From the IMG/VR virus record IMGVR_UViG_2863389319_000001: 64,000 nt of DNA; one strand, written 5' to 3'. The position numbers and the translations under genes are program-made. Positions 35,919-44,391 of this stretch are shown piece by piece; position 1 is the first letter of the stretch, and each line of letters opens with the position of its first letter. The notes below the pieces were generated by a model, which saw only the letters and a list, made by a program, of their open reading frames with translations, was not told the DNA's origin and did no database searches. This stretch comes from a virus (taxonomy: Duplodnaviria > Caudoviricetes).

Positions 35919-36892
35919 GCGGCTGCTCCTTGCTCGGCGCGGCGGCGTCGGGCGACTGCGGCGGGGTGGCATGCCGGGCAGTCGACGAGCTCGTTGTCAC
36001 GCGCGGGGTCTTTGATTTGGCGGTGGTTCGGGCTGTGGCAGTTCCCGCACCAGTCGGCGTTCGTCGCGGTGGCCTTGCGGACGGTGGGGACGGTGGAGCG
36101 GTCGCAGTGCTGGGCGAGGTCAGTCCAGCCGCGGGCGGCGAGCTCACGGGCGCGGTCGGCGAGCCACCAAGCGGGGAAGCCGGCCGCGAGGAGCTCACCG
36201 GCCTGCTGCTCGATCTTCTGGCGGGTCGTCGGACTGACGGGCCGTCCGATCGCCTCGGTGTAGGCGGCGGCGACCGTGGTTGCTTCGCTGGGTGAAGAGA
36301 TCTTCTCTCTCTCGTCGTTGCGCGGGGCGGCTGACGGCGGCGCGGAGGGAGGAGAGAGAGGGGTTAGAGGAGTTATAGGAGTAGGGGTCACCTGAGAGGT
36401 GACCCATTCCCACCTGTGAGGTGACCCATTCGACTCTGTGAGGTGACCCATTTCGTCGATTGGGTCACCCGTGAGGTGACCCGTTTCGACGTCGCACGGG
36501 TCCGTCTCGGGCGATCGGGTCACCTGAGAGGTGACCCTTTCCGTGCGGGTGCACTGACCGAGGAACCCGTCGTGCGGAGCCTGCGGGCACAGCGTCACCA
36601 ACTCGTAGACCGCGACCTGCCCCGGGAACCCGGACAGCTCGCGGCCGTCGCGCACCGCGTACACCAAGACGCCCTTCTTCATGAGCTTCCCGATCGCGTT
36701 CCGCCACGCCGGCGCGGTCTTGCCGACCCGCTTGAGGATGTAGTCCTGGTGAATGCCGCCCTTGCGGTATGTCTGGCGGTCGCCGTCGTTCGCGTTCTCA
36801 GCGATGACGAGCAGGTCGGCGCGTTCGCCCGCGGTGAGGCCGGCATCCTGCCAGTGGTCCATGACTTCGACCATCAGCTTGATCCCCATCAA
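35915..36892 (-). CDS. Replication initiator 2 (N-terminal HTH, iteron linker, C-terminal zinc finger)
   Basis: Directly upstream of dnaB; VTSQVT repeats encoded by iterons; WCGNC...CPACHP. Confidence 0.75.
   Translation of the reverse strand: MMGIKLMVEVMDHWQDAGLTAGERADLLVIAENANDGDRQTYRKGGIHQDYILKRVGKTAPAWRNAIGKLMKKGVLVYAVRDGRELSGFPGQVAVYELVTLCPQAPHDGFLGQCTRTERVTSQVTRSPETDPCDVETGHLTGDPIDEMGHLTESNGSPHRWEWVTSQVTPTPITPLTPLSPPSAPPSAAPRNDEREKISSPSEATTVAAAYTEAIGRPVSPTTRQKIEQQAGELLAAGFPAWWLADRARELAARGWTDLAQHCDRSTVPTVRKATATNADWCGNCHSPNHRQIKDPARDNELVDCPACHPAAVARRRRAEQGAAA
36385..36537. repeat. Five GAGGTGACCC iterons, three as near-palindromic GGGTCACC-N5-GGTGACCC
   Basis: Copies ending 36405, 36427, 36449, 36482, 36537; purine-rich tract at 36347-36388. 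Confidence 0.85.
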
Positions 36893-37000
36893 CTCACCGC
36901 CACTGGTGGCATGTCAGGGATGTCGGGGTACACGTCGGCTCCAGCTGGACGCAGGGGTGGTGTGTGCGGGCCACCCGCGTGATGCGGGTGGCCGGGGGCC

Positions 37001-37618
37001 TCAGTGGCCGCAGGGTGCGTAGCCGGCCGCAGCGGCGGCCTGGGCATAGTCGAGTCGGCCGTGTCGGTCGAGGGCTTCGGCGACGTCAAGGACGTGGCCC
37101 CAGAGGTCATCCAGAGCCTCGTCGGCGACGTCGTGCATGGCAGCCAGATCCCGTCGTGGGTCGTCGCTGACGCCGTATGTGACGGGGCGTCCGTGGGCCT
37201 CCCAGGACACGCGGGCGATCTGCTGACGATCGTTGCTGGCCAGGATCTCGACGACCCACGCCCGGGCGCTGGTCCACAGACCCTGCTCGCGTAGCCAGCG
37301 ATCCTCGGCCCGCTCCCCCGCGGCCAAACCCAACAGGGCGTCGGGGAGCGGCGCGGTCAGCGACGAGTGGAGTTCGACGTGCCCGGCCGGGCTCTCCTTG
37401 CCGGGGCCATGTCCGAGATCGTCGGCGATCTGGACGGTTACGAAGGCGATCTCCCGGTCGAGCATCAGAACAGCATGCCCGGCCTCGTGGATGGCGATCT
37501 TCCGGCGGAGCTGGGTGTTCGTCAGGTTGAGGATCCCGTAGGCGGTGGTCGGCCCGGGAATGTGGGGGGCGGCGTGCCTGGTGAACAGCTTGAAGTCCGG
37601 CTCGTAGTGCCAGCTCAT
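37001..37618 (-). CDS. HEXXH metalloprotease-like protein (M41/M50-like)
   Basis: IAIHEAGHAV, LAAGERAE, SNDRQQ, LW..VLDVAEAL resemble the FtsH peptidase domain. Confidence 0.7.
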   Translation of the reverse strand: MSWHYEPDFKLFTRHAAPHIPGPTTAYGILNLTNTQLRRKIAIHEAGHAVLMLDREIAFVTVQIADDLGHGPGKESPAGHVELHSSLTAPLPDALLGLAAGERAEDRWLREQGLWTSARAWVVEILASNDRQQIARVSWEAHGRPVTYGVSDDPRRDLAAMHDVADEALDDLWGHVLDVAEALDRHGRLDYAQAAAAAGYAPCGH

Positions 37619-37797
37619 CGCGGGCCTCCGGCGTGTTGCTGGCCGGGCTTGTCGCCGGTGACGGTGTACGCCTGGTGCTGGGCGTCGTAGCCGGTCTGGA
37701 CGTGCTGGTAGCCGGCGTCCTGGGCCTGGTGCGCGGTCTCGATGGTGCGCAGCGGGGCGTCGCTGACACTGGCGGCGATGCGGGCGATGACCTTCAC
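37615..37797 (-). CDS. Hypothetical protein
   Basis: GTGA/ATGA coupling. Confidence 0.45.
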   Translation of the reverse strand: MKVIARIAASVSDAPLRTIETAHQAQDAGYQHVQTGYDAQHQAYTVTGDKPGQQHAGGPR

Positions 37798-37988
37798 AGC
37801 GCACCGACCTTTCCGCCGGCGAGGGCGCGGTCGATGGCGCAGCGCAGGAGGTTGGCGCCGCAGTGGTCGTGGCAGCGGACGGCGTGGGCGAGGAGGGCCC
37901 AGAGTCGCTCGATGGCGCCGAGGATGCGGGGGCCGACGCGGCCGATCGCGGCGTTCTCGGTCGGTCGGTGGATCGTGGAGGCGCTCAT
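37794..37988 (-). CDS. Hypothetical protein
   Basis: ATGA coupling. Confidence 0.45.
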   Translation of the reverse strand: MSASTIHRPTENAAIGRVGPRILGAIERLWALLAHAVRCHDHCGANLLRCAIDRALAGGKVGAL

Positions 37989-38293
37989 CGGGCGCCCCTG
38001 TTTCGGCCGGGCACGCGGTGGTAGGCGATGCAGCGGGCGGCGGCGTATCGGCCCGAGTCGTACGCCTGGTGGTACAGCTCCTCGCGCAGGTCATGGCACA
38101 GGCGGCCGAGCGCGTCGAGGATCAGCCAGTCGTCCGGGAGGAACCCTTCGCGCGACGTCCGCCAGATGCGATCCAGCCAGTCGATCAGTGACTCCCGCAG
38201 GTCGTTGATGCGGGCGGTGATGTCGCTGGCGAGCTGGCGTGCGGTGTGGTCCTGGGTGGTGGCGACGAGCGTGTCGAGTACGGAGGTGCTCAT
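37985..38293 (-). CDS. Hypothetical protein
   Basis: ATGA coupling. Confidence 0.55.
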   Translation of the reverse strand: MSTSVLDTLVATTQDHTARQLASDITARINDLRESLIDWLDRIWRTSREGFLPDDWLILDALGRLCHDLREELYHQAYDSGRYAAARCIAYHRVPGRNRGAR

Positions 38294-38508
38294 CGGGCGG
38301 CCTCGCTGTCCCCGTCGATCCAGGCGCCGAGCTGCTCGGTGAGGACAAGCTCGACCAGGTGGCGGGTCAGCCGGGCCGGGTCGAAGCCGACCATCAGGAT
38401 GTTCTCGTCGAGCCAGACGGAGCGCAGCGGGTCACCATCGGTCGGGAGGGTCACGGCGACGATGCTGGCGCGCGGCAGAATCGGGACGGGGGCGAGGATG
38501 GCGTTCAC
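38290..38508 (-). CDS. Hypothetical protein
   Basis: GTGA coupling; GFDPARL resembles neighbour. Confidence 0.55.
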   Translation of the reverse strand: MNAILAPVPILPRASIVAVTLPTDGDPLRSVWLDENILMVGFDPARLTRHLVELVLTEQLGAWIDGDSEAAR

Positions 38509-38756
38509 GCGGTCACCACCCAGTCGGGGGTTACGTCGCGGAGGTTGCCGAACAGGTCGAGCATGATCTGCCAGGCGGTAGGGCGGTCCATCTGGGCCGG
38601 GGAGTAGGCGGCGACGATGCCCTCGGCGACCTGCTGGAAGCAGATCGCGGGGAGGGCGTCATCGGCTAGAGCCGGCGCCAGCGCGGCGATTCGCGGCGGG
38701 GTGGGCTGTTCCGTGCATGCAACGCGTGCCATGATTGGGACGTCTCCGATCTGCAC
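38505..38756 (-). CDS. Hypothetical protein
   Basis: AYSPAQM resembles neighbour. Confidence 0.5.
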   Translation of the reverse strand: MQIGDVPIMARVACTEQPTPPRIAALAPALADDALPAICFQQVAEGIVAAYSPAQMDRPTAWQIMLDLFGNLRDVTPDWVVTA

Positions 38757-38840
38757 CCCGGGTTATCTAGGCCTTGGTGGGTGCGTCGTGTGATTCGAGG
38801 GGCTCGGCGTTGACGCGCTGGGCCTCTCTTCGTTTTGGGG

Positions 38841-39056
38841 TCAGGCTGCGTTCTGGAGCAGTTCGTTGACCGTGGTGCCGTAGGCGTTCGAGATCAGCAG
38901 CGCGACTTCCAGGGACGGGCTGCGGCGACCACTGAACAGGTGCGACAGGGTTGCCTCGTGGATGCCAGTGCGGGCGGAGATCAGCCGGTTACTGGTGTCA
39001 CCGCTGCGTCGAGCGTGCCGTTCGACGACTTCTCGGCTGAGCCGAATGTTGGACAT
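38841..39056 (-). CDS. Cro-like XRE HTH regulator 2
   Basis: ISARTGIHEATLSHLFSGRRSPSLEVALLISNAYG; AAAGGA RBS. Confidence 0.85.
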   Translation of the reverse strand: MSNIRLSREVVERHARRSGDTSNRLISARTGIHEATLSHLFSGRRSPSLEVALLISNAYGTTVNELLQNAA

Positions 39057-39123
39057 GGGGGTCCTTTGGTGGCGAGGTGGTGGTGAGCTAGCCGGATTTT
39101 CCTCGGCAGGTCAAAGCTACGCC

Positions 39124-39232
39124 TTAACGACCGCGCAAGCAAGTAATAGCGCCGATCGACCCACCCCGAGCATGCGCAAGATGGTTCGGTTTTCGTCTAA
39201 CCTGGCCAGTAACTTGCTCGCGCGGTCGATAA
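39124..39232. promoter_or_regulatory. 21-bp inverted repeat (2 mismatches) in second cI/cro region
   Basis: TTAACGACCGCGCAAGCAAGT (39124-39144) vs ACTTGCTCGCGCGGTCGATAA (39212-39232). Confidence 0.7.
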
Positions 39233-39247
39233 CGACGGAGGACAGCC

Positions 39248-39661
39248 ATGGCCGACATGAAGGCGTTCGCAGACTGGCTCCACGAGCAGATGATCGCCGC
39301 CGGCTACGACCTGAGCAGCCAGCGCTCCGGCGGCAAGAGCAAGCTCGCCAACGATGCAGGCGTCGCTCTCTCCCAGGTCCAGCGTGCCCTCGGCGGGACA
39401 ACACGTCCCGACATCGTCACCCTGCGGGCCATCGCCCATGCCCTTGATATCCCGATGAAGGTCATGCTCGTGCGGTCCGGCACTGTGGACGCAGGGGACC
39501 TGGACGAGCAGGTGCTGCCAGCTTCGGATCTCGACGTGCGCACCCTGGGGCTCCAGCGCGGCGTTCCGGCCGACAAGCTCGATCACTGGGTCGCGATCGT
39601 CGACGCGGTCACCGGAACGTTCGCCGCCGAGCGGCAGCATCACGGTTCTGCAACTCCCTGA
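39248..39661 (+). CDS. XRE-family repressor 2 (cI-like)
   Basis: FADWL...KSKLANDAGVALSQVQRALGGTTRPDIVTLRAIAHAL; GGAGG RBS. Confidence 0.85.
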   Translation: MADMKAFADWLHEQMIAAGYDLSSQRSGGKSKLANDAGVALSQVQRALGGTTRPDIVTLRAIAHALDIPMKVMLVRSGTVDAGDLDEQVLPASDLDVRTLGLQRGVPADKLDHWVAIVDAVTGTFAAERQHHGSATP

Positions 39662-39719
39662 CACACTAGGCGGATCGCTGCGACGCTGCTCCTGTCGATC
39701 ACCGAGCGCAGGAGCAGCG

Positions 39720-40307
39720 ATGGCCCTCTTCAAGAAGTCCCAGCCCTCTGACTCTTCCGGTCCGGCGCCGCTCGCCGAGTACAAGGTCGTCTACAAGGGG
39801 GGCCTGGCGGACCTGCCGAAGGCGAAGGTCGCGGGGATCGAGTTCCGGGTCTGGGGCGATCGGTTCACGCTCGACCCGACCGCGGCGGCCAAAAGGTTCT
39901 GGACGCCGCTCGCGATCCCCTTCTCCGCCATCTCCGACCTGAAGATCGTCACCCGGCAAGTCGGCACAGGGCAGGCGATCCTCGCCGGCGCCAACGCCCG
40001 GAACTTGGCGCAGGACAACAACATCCACTTCCACTTCCAGGACGCTGCCGGCCAACAAGTCATCCTGCGCGTCGAGATGCTCACCGGCGTCACCGTCCAG
40101 GGCCAGGCCAAGAAGGCCGCCGAGTTCAACGACCTGCTGCAGGCCCACGGCATTCGGCGGCTCTTCGGTGGCGCGCCCCAGGCAGCAGCCACGGCGCCGA
40201 CCGGCGGCTCGCTGGCCGATGAGATCGCCAAGCTGCAGCAGCTCCTGCAGGCTGGCGCCCTGAGCCAGACCGAGTTCGAGCAGGCGAAGGCCCGGCTCCT
40301 CGGGTAG
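39720..40307 (+). CDS. SHOCT-domain protein (PH-like N-terminus)
   Basis: C-terminal LADEIAKLQQLLQAGALSQTEFEQAKARLLG. Confidence 0.85.
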   Translation: MALFKKSQPSDSSGPAPLAEYKVVYKGGLADLPKAKVAGIEFRVWGDRFTLDPTAAAKRFWTPLAIPFSAISDLKIVTRQVGTGQAILAGANARNLAQDNNIHFHFQDAAGQQVILRVEMLTGVTVQGQAKKAAEFNDLLQAHGIRRLFGGAPQAAATAPTGGSLADEIAKLQQLLQAGALSQTEFEQAKARLLG

Positions 40308-40331
40308 TCCGACCTGTGCGCGGTGCAGGTC

Positions 40332-40361
40332 GGGCCACCCCCGAAATTTCGGGGGTGGCCC
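40332..40361. terminator. Perfect 30-bp palindrome / terminator-like hairpin
   Basis: GGGCCACCCCCGAAA|TTTCGGGGGTGGCCC. Confidence 0.65.
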
Positions 40362-40450
40362 CGTCAGCCCCGCGCTTCGATATCGTGGCGATATGCCGGG
40401 CCGGCGGCCCGCGCGATCACCCTGTCCCTCAGCGCAGACCGGAGGCCCCG

Positions 40451-40717
40451 ATGACCGACGAGCCGTGGACACTCGAGCGGATCTCCGACGCCTTGGGCAG
40501 CCCCGGCGTCCGCAAGGTATTCCTCGCGCAGATCAACAAGGCGCCGGTCTACGAGCTGTCGAACGTCGCCGCGAAGTGGCAGGGCATCGCCGAGCGGACC
40601 CTGGCCACGGGTGAGCGGATCCGCGCCGATCACGCCGAGGTGGAAGCCGGTCGGCCGCTGCCCGGCGAGTGGATCGAGGGCTCGCACCGCATCGCCCAGC
40701 ATCGCGGTGCCGCCTGA
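40451..40717 (+). CDS. Putative antitoxin-like protein
   Basis: GGAGG RBS; 88 aa helical; 1 bp before RelE-like gene. Confidence 0.5.
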   Translation: MTDEPWTLERISDALGSPGVRKVFLAQINKAPVYELSNVAAKWQGIAERTLATGERIRADHAEVEAGRPLPGEWIEGSHRIAQHRGAA

Positions 40718-40718
40718 G

Positions 40719-40967
40719 ATGACCTACGCCCTGCGCTACGACAAGACGATCGAAATGATCTGGGACAGCCTCCCGGAGCCTGCCTCGCAAGCCCTCGGTG
40801 ATGCCCTGGCGCAGGCCTGCGCCGATCCGCTCGGCCGGACCGAGCCGTACGGCGAGGACGACGGCGTCATGCGGACCCTGGTGGTCTCCGAGCTTCTGTT
40901 CGCCGTCGTGTACCTCGGCCACGTCACCCGCACCCTGCACCTGTACCAGATCGACTACGTGGGCTGA
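40719..40967 (+). CDS. RelE/ParE-like small protein (putative toxin)
   Basis: YALRY...WDSLPEPASQAL...DP...RTLVV..FAVVY pattern. Confidence 0.5.
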   Translation: MTYALRYDKTIEMIWDSLPEPASQALGDALAQACADPLGRTEPYGEDDGVMRTLVVSELLFAVVYLGHVTRTLHLYQIDYVG

Positions 40968-40988
40968 CGGGTCCCCAGGGAACTGCTG

Positions 40989-41019
40989 CGCCCCGCGGCC
41001 CGAATTGGGCGGCGGGGCG
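40989..41019. terminator. Hairpin between convergent genes
   Basis: CGCCCCGCGGCCC-gaatt-GGGCGGCGGGGCG. Confidence 0.5.
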
Positions 41020-41034
41020 TCGTCGTACCCGGGT

Positions 41035-41451
41035 TCAGCGGATCATCTGCAGGTAGGCCTTCGCGCTGGAGTGCAGGTCGAATGCCGCACCGAACCCGAC
41101 CGCGGGCGACACGGAGCGGGCCGAGTACACGTCGACGGCCGAGAACTCCCCGCGGTCGACCTTGATCAGCGCAGCTACCAGGGCCTGCTCGACGGTGGCG
41201 GGGTCGCTCGTCACGGCTGGCACCTCCCGCTCCGGGATCTTCTCGCCGAGGATCGGGTCCCGCTCCGGCTGCTTGTAGTCGTCGCCAGGGGCAACGGAGA
41301 CGGCCTGCCACCTGGTGGTCTTGCCAGCAGCCTCCACGGCGATTCCGTACGGGTGGCGGGTGTAGCCGGTGGCGGCGAGGGCCGCCGCCTTGAGGCCGGG
41401 GATAGTCGCCGCGGCGTCGAGGAGCAGCTGCTGGAAACGGTGAGGGCGCAT
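41035..41451 (-). CDS. Hypothetical protein
   Basis: GAAGGA RBS; MRPHRFQQ...HPYG. Confidence 0.65.
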   Translation of the reverse strand: MRPHRFQQLLLDAAATIPGLKAAALAATGYTRHPYGIAVEAAGKTTRWQAVSVAPGDDYKQPERDPILGEKIPEREVPAVTSDPATVEQALVAALIKVDRGEFSAVDVYSARSVSPAVGFGAAFDLHSSAKAYLQMIR

Positions 41452-41526
41452 GGGGGTCCTTCGGGGATTCGGGGTCGTTCGATTATGTACGCCGCGAACG
41501 TCATGAACGGACCGCCCCGCCGGGCG

Positions 41527-41790
41527 TCAGAGCGCCCGGAGCGCCCTCTCGCAGTCCCTGCAGCGCTGCTCCTCCATGCCCGGCGGATACCAGGGCTCGC
41601 CAGGCCGGACGGGCCGGTAGTGGGCGTGCTCCATCGGCCCGGTGTCCAGGCCGCACAACGTGACCCCGAGCGGATCCTCGGGCACGTCCGGATCAGCGCC
41701 GGCCGCGTGCACCACGAGCACAACCGGCTCGACACCGTCGGATCCGAGGGCCCCCTCCTGCTCCAGCTCGAACAGCACGACGATCGCCAT
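41527..41790 (-). CDS. Small zinc-binding hypothetical protein
   Basis: H...TLCG...CRDC; divergent from peptide gene. Confidence 0.6.
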   Translation of the reverse strand: MAIVVLFELEQEGALGSDGVEPVVLVVHAAGADPDVPEDPLGVTLCGLDTGPMEHAHYRPVRPGEPWYPPGMEEQRCRDCERALRAL

Positions 41791-41925
41791 GCCCCCAGCC
41801 TTATTCCCATTCGAGGGTCGCGCATCTTCCGGGCTCAGCGCCCCGCCGTGCTTTCATGCGCTCTGGTGCCGGGTCCCTCCATTGCGGTTGGCTGGACGCA
41901 TCAACCCTCCGACAAGGGAGCCTCG

Positions 41926-42072
41926 ATGGTCCTCGAACCCCTCGGCATGGCCGGCGGTGACGGGAACGGCGGGAATGGCGACATGCTTCCCGGCCAGCCG
42001 TGGCCCGTACCAGCCCCGGAACCCCAGCCCGACGGCGGGCCGCCGCCTGGTGACGGGGGCCACCGTAAGTGA
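41926..42072 (+). CDS. 48-aa Gly/Pro/Asp-rich putative RiPP precursor (imiditide/pamtide-like)
   Basis: AAGGGAG RBS; three DG and two NG sites, ends PPPGDGGHRK; stop overlaps methyltransferase start (GTGA). Confidence 0.7.
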   Translation: MVLEPLGMAGGDGNGGNGDMLPGQPWPVPAPEPQPDGGPPPGDGGHRK

Positions 42073-43205
42073 CCGCCACCAATCAGGACCGTCCCGCTGC
42101 GCCGGGGCGGTCCTTCCCTGTCTCCGACCCCTGGGTCGCGGCGTTCGAGGCCGTCCCTCGCGCCCAGTTCCTGCCCGACCTGATGTGGGCACACGACATG
42201 GCCCGAGGCGCCAGCGTCCCTGTCGACCGCACGGCGGACCCGGGCGCCTGGAACGCTGCCGCGCAGGCCGACATCCCGATCGTCACCCAGTGGGACGACG
42301 GGCGGCACCGTGGCAGCCCGCCAGGCACAGTGCCGACCAGCTCGGCGAGCATGCCATCCGTCGTCGCGGCCATGCTGGACGACCTCGACGTGAGCCCAGG
42401 TATGCGCGTTCTGGAGATCGGCGCCGGTACCGGCTGGAACGCCGGGCTGCTCACGCACCGGCTCGGCGGCTCACAGGTCGTCAGCATGGAGGTGGATCCC
42501 GCCGTTGCCGAGACCGCCCGCCAGAACCTGGCTGCCAGCGGCCTCCATCCGACTGTGATCACTGGCGATGGCTATGCAGGCCACCCAGCCGGGGCCCCCT
42601 ACGACCGGATCATCGCCACATGCGGCATGCGGCAGATTCCGCAGGCCTGGGTCGAGCAGCTCCGCCCCGGCGGCATCATCGTGGCCCCCTGGGGGACCCA
42701 CTTCGAGAATGGCGACGCGCTCGTCCGACTGGCCATCTCCCAGGACGGCATCGCGGCTGGCCCTTTTCTGCGGCCGGTGGAGTTCATGAAGCTGCGCGCA
42801 CAGCGTCTCCGCCCACCCCAGCATCCGGCCGAGTTCCCCGGCGACGCCGACACCAGCACCACGACCCTGCGGCTGCCGTTCGGCCCGTGGGAGGCGTTCC
42901 CGTTCGCCGCCGGCCTGCGCCTGGATGGCGTGACCCACGTTGCTGGTCGCCGTGGCGACGAGCAGGCGGTGTGGCTGTACGGGCTCGCCGACCAGTCTTG
43001 GGCGGCCACGGTCTTCCGGGATGGTGTCGACCACGCCACGGTGTGGCAGTCGGGGCCTCGACGGCTCTGGGATGAGATCGAGGCCGCGTATCAGTGGTGG
43101 ACGGCCGTGGGCCAGCCGGGCTTTGAGCGGTTCGGACTGACCGTCGATCAGGATGGCGAGCGGGCATGGCTCGACCATCCCGCCAACCTCGTAAGGGCAA
43201 GGTGA
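42069..43205 (+). CDS. PIMT-like SAM O-methyltransferase with C-terminal WxxxGxP domain
   Basis: VPRAQF, TSSASMP, VLEIGAGTGWNA, GDG, APYDRIIAT, QLRPGG; C-terminal GPRRLWDE...WTAVGQP..FGLTV. Confidence 0.9.
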   Translation: MTATNQDRPAAPGRSFPVSDPWVAAFEAVPRAQFLPDLMWAHDMARGASVPVDRTADPGAWNAAAQADIPIVTQWDDGRHRGSPPGTVPTSSASMPSVVAAMLDDLDVSPGMRVLEIGAGTGWNAGLLTHRLGGSQVVSMEVDPAVAETARQNLAASGLHPTVITGDGYAGHPAGAPYDRIIATCGMRQIPQAWVEQLRPGGIIVAPWGTHFENGDALVRLAISQDGIAAGPFLRPVEFMKLRAQRLRPPQHPAEFPGDADTSTTTLRLPFGPWEAFPFAAGLRLDGVTHVAGRRGDEQAVWLYGLADQSWAATVFRDGVDHATVWQSGPRRLWDEIEAAYQWWTAVGQPGFERFGLTVDQDGERAWLDHPANLVRAR

Positions 43206-43208
43206 CCC

Positions 43209-43376
43209 GTGCAGGGATGGGTGAACCCGAAGTACCGCGAGGCGGTCACCTCCGTCCGGCAACTGCCGCGCACGCCATGGCGTGACGGCAGGCTCCGGCC
43301 CCGCGGCGCCGTCATGGCCGTCGGCAATGCGATCTACGTGGTCCGGCCAGCCGAGGGCAAGCCAACTACGGAGTAG
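43209..43376 (+). CDS. 55-aa hypothetical protein (third gene of PIMT operon)
   Basis: AAGG RBS + GTG; VQGWVNPKY...; not in ORF track. Confidence 0.5.
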   Translation: MQGWVNPKYREAVTSVRQLPRTPWRDGRLRPRGAVMAVGNAIYVVRPAEGKPTTE

Positions 43377-43394
43377 AGCCAGCCCGAGCATGAC

Positions 43395-43429
43395 GAAGGC
43401 GCCCACCGCGACTTGCGGTGGGCGCCTTC
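43395..43429. terminator. Bidirectional terminator-like hairpin
   Basis: 15-bp perfect stem GAAGGCGCCCACCGC-gactt-GCGGTGGGCGCCTTC between convergent genes. Confidence 0.8.
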
Positions 43430-43443
43430 ATCGCTGCCCCCGA

Positions 43444-44223
43444 TCAGCCGGTGCGCGGCCAAGCGGCGGAAGAGTCGCGCTGAACCTGGTACGCCAGCGC
43501 GAATCGCTCGCCTGACATGCGGGTTTCGTTCACCTCAATGGCGATGGTCTCGTCACCGCGCCGGATATGACTGGTACGGGTAACGACGAGGACCGGGATC
43601 GCCTTCGAGATCTTCAGGGCCGCCTGCTCCTCCTCCGTGGGCGAGCGAGTCCAAGCCGCTTCGTCCCAGCTGATCGGCGCCTTGAAGTATTCTTCGGCCC
43701 GGTCATAGATCCCGCCCGGGCCGGGCTTCTCGGCCCCCAGCGCGGGGATCTCTCCGACCAGGGCCACCGGGATGTAGCTGCTAGCGAGTTGGAGGACCTG
43801 CTTCGGCGTGGGCGGCCCCATCCGGCGATCTCGGACGAGGACGTCCTGTCCGCGCGGCACGCCGAGGATGTCGGCGACGTGGTCGGGCGGGACAGCAAGT
43901 CCGCGGGTCGGCGCCTCGATGGCCACCCAGTCTTTTGCGTTCTGATCGAAGAAGTAGCCGATCTCGTCGCGGTAGACCGTGCGGTCCCGGACGACGATGC
44001 GGCTACGCGGACGCTCGCGCACGTAGGCCCCCTGTCGGCCACGGATCTCCACGTAGCCGTCAGCCGCCAGCGCGCGGACGGACTTCATGGCAGTACCCCT
44101 GTGGACACCGTACCGTTCGGCGATCTCCTCCCCTGAGGGCAACTTAGAGCCGGGGCCAAACTCGCCGGCCTCGATCGCCGCCCGCAATTCATCTGCGACA
44201 CGGCGGGTCTGATCCCCGGTCAT
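43444..44223 (-). CDS. GntR/HutC-UTRA regulator (KorSA/TraR-like)
   Basis: ADELRAAIEAGEFGPGSKLPS...YGVHRGT...GAYVR wHTH plus UTRA; divergent from transfer operon. Confidence 0.9.
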   Translation of the reverse strand: MTGDQTRRVADELRAAIEAGEFGPGSKLPSGEEIAERYGVHRGTAMKSVRALAADGYVEIRGRQGAYVRERPRSRIVVRDRTVYRDEIGYFFDQNAKDWVAIEAPTRGLAVPPDHVADILGVPRGQDVLVRDRRMGPPTPKQVLQLASSYIPVALVGEIPALGAEKPGPGGIYDRAEEYFKAPISWDEAAWTRSPTEEEQAALKISKAIPVLVVTRTSHIRRGDETIAIEVNETRMSGERFALAYQVQRDSSAAWPRTG

Positions 44224-44391
44224 CCGTCCTCCTCGCGGTTAGTCATGGCGCGTTTCTTTCTCTTAGGCTATCCCAGAGCACGTGGTGCATGCTACGGTCT
44301 AGCTGTACCAACCAGAACGGCCCCGACAGGTGATAGCGCACCGGTCGGGGCCCAGATCAGCCCACCCTGCGTCAACAGGAAGGCCGGTCCA

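Noticed and set aside
40332-40361. Palindrome as a protelomerase site
   Set aside because: No protelomerase gene visible; position after a gene fits a terminator
40798-41925. 424-aa ORF 40798..42072
   Set aside because: Overlaps two better minus-strand genes; only the last 48 codons have an RBS and are retained
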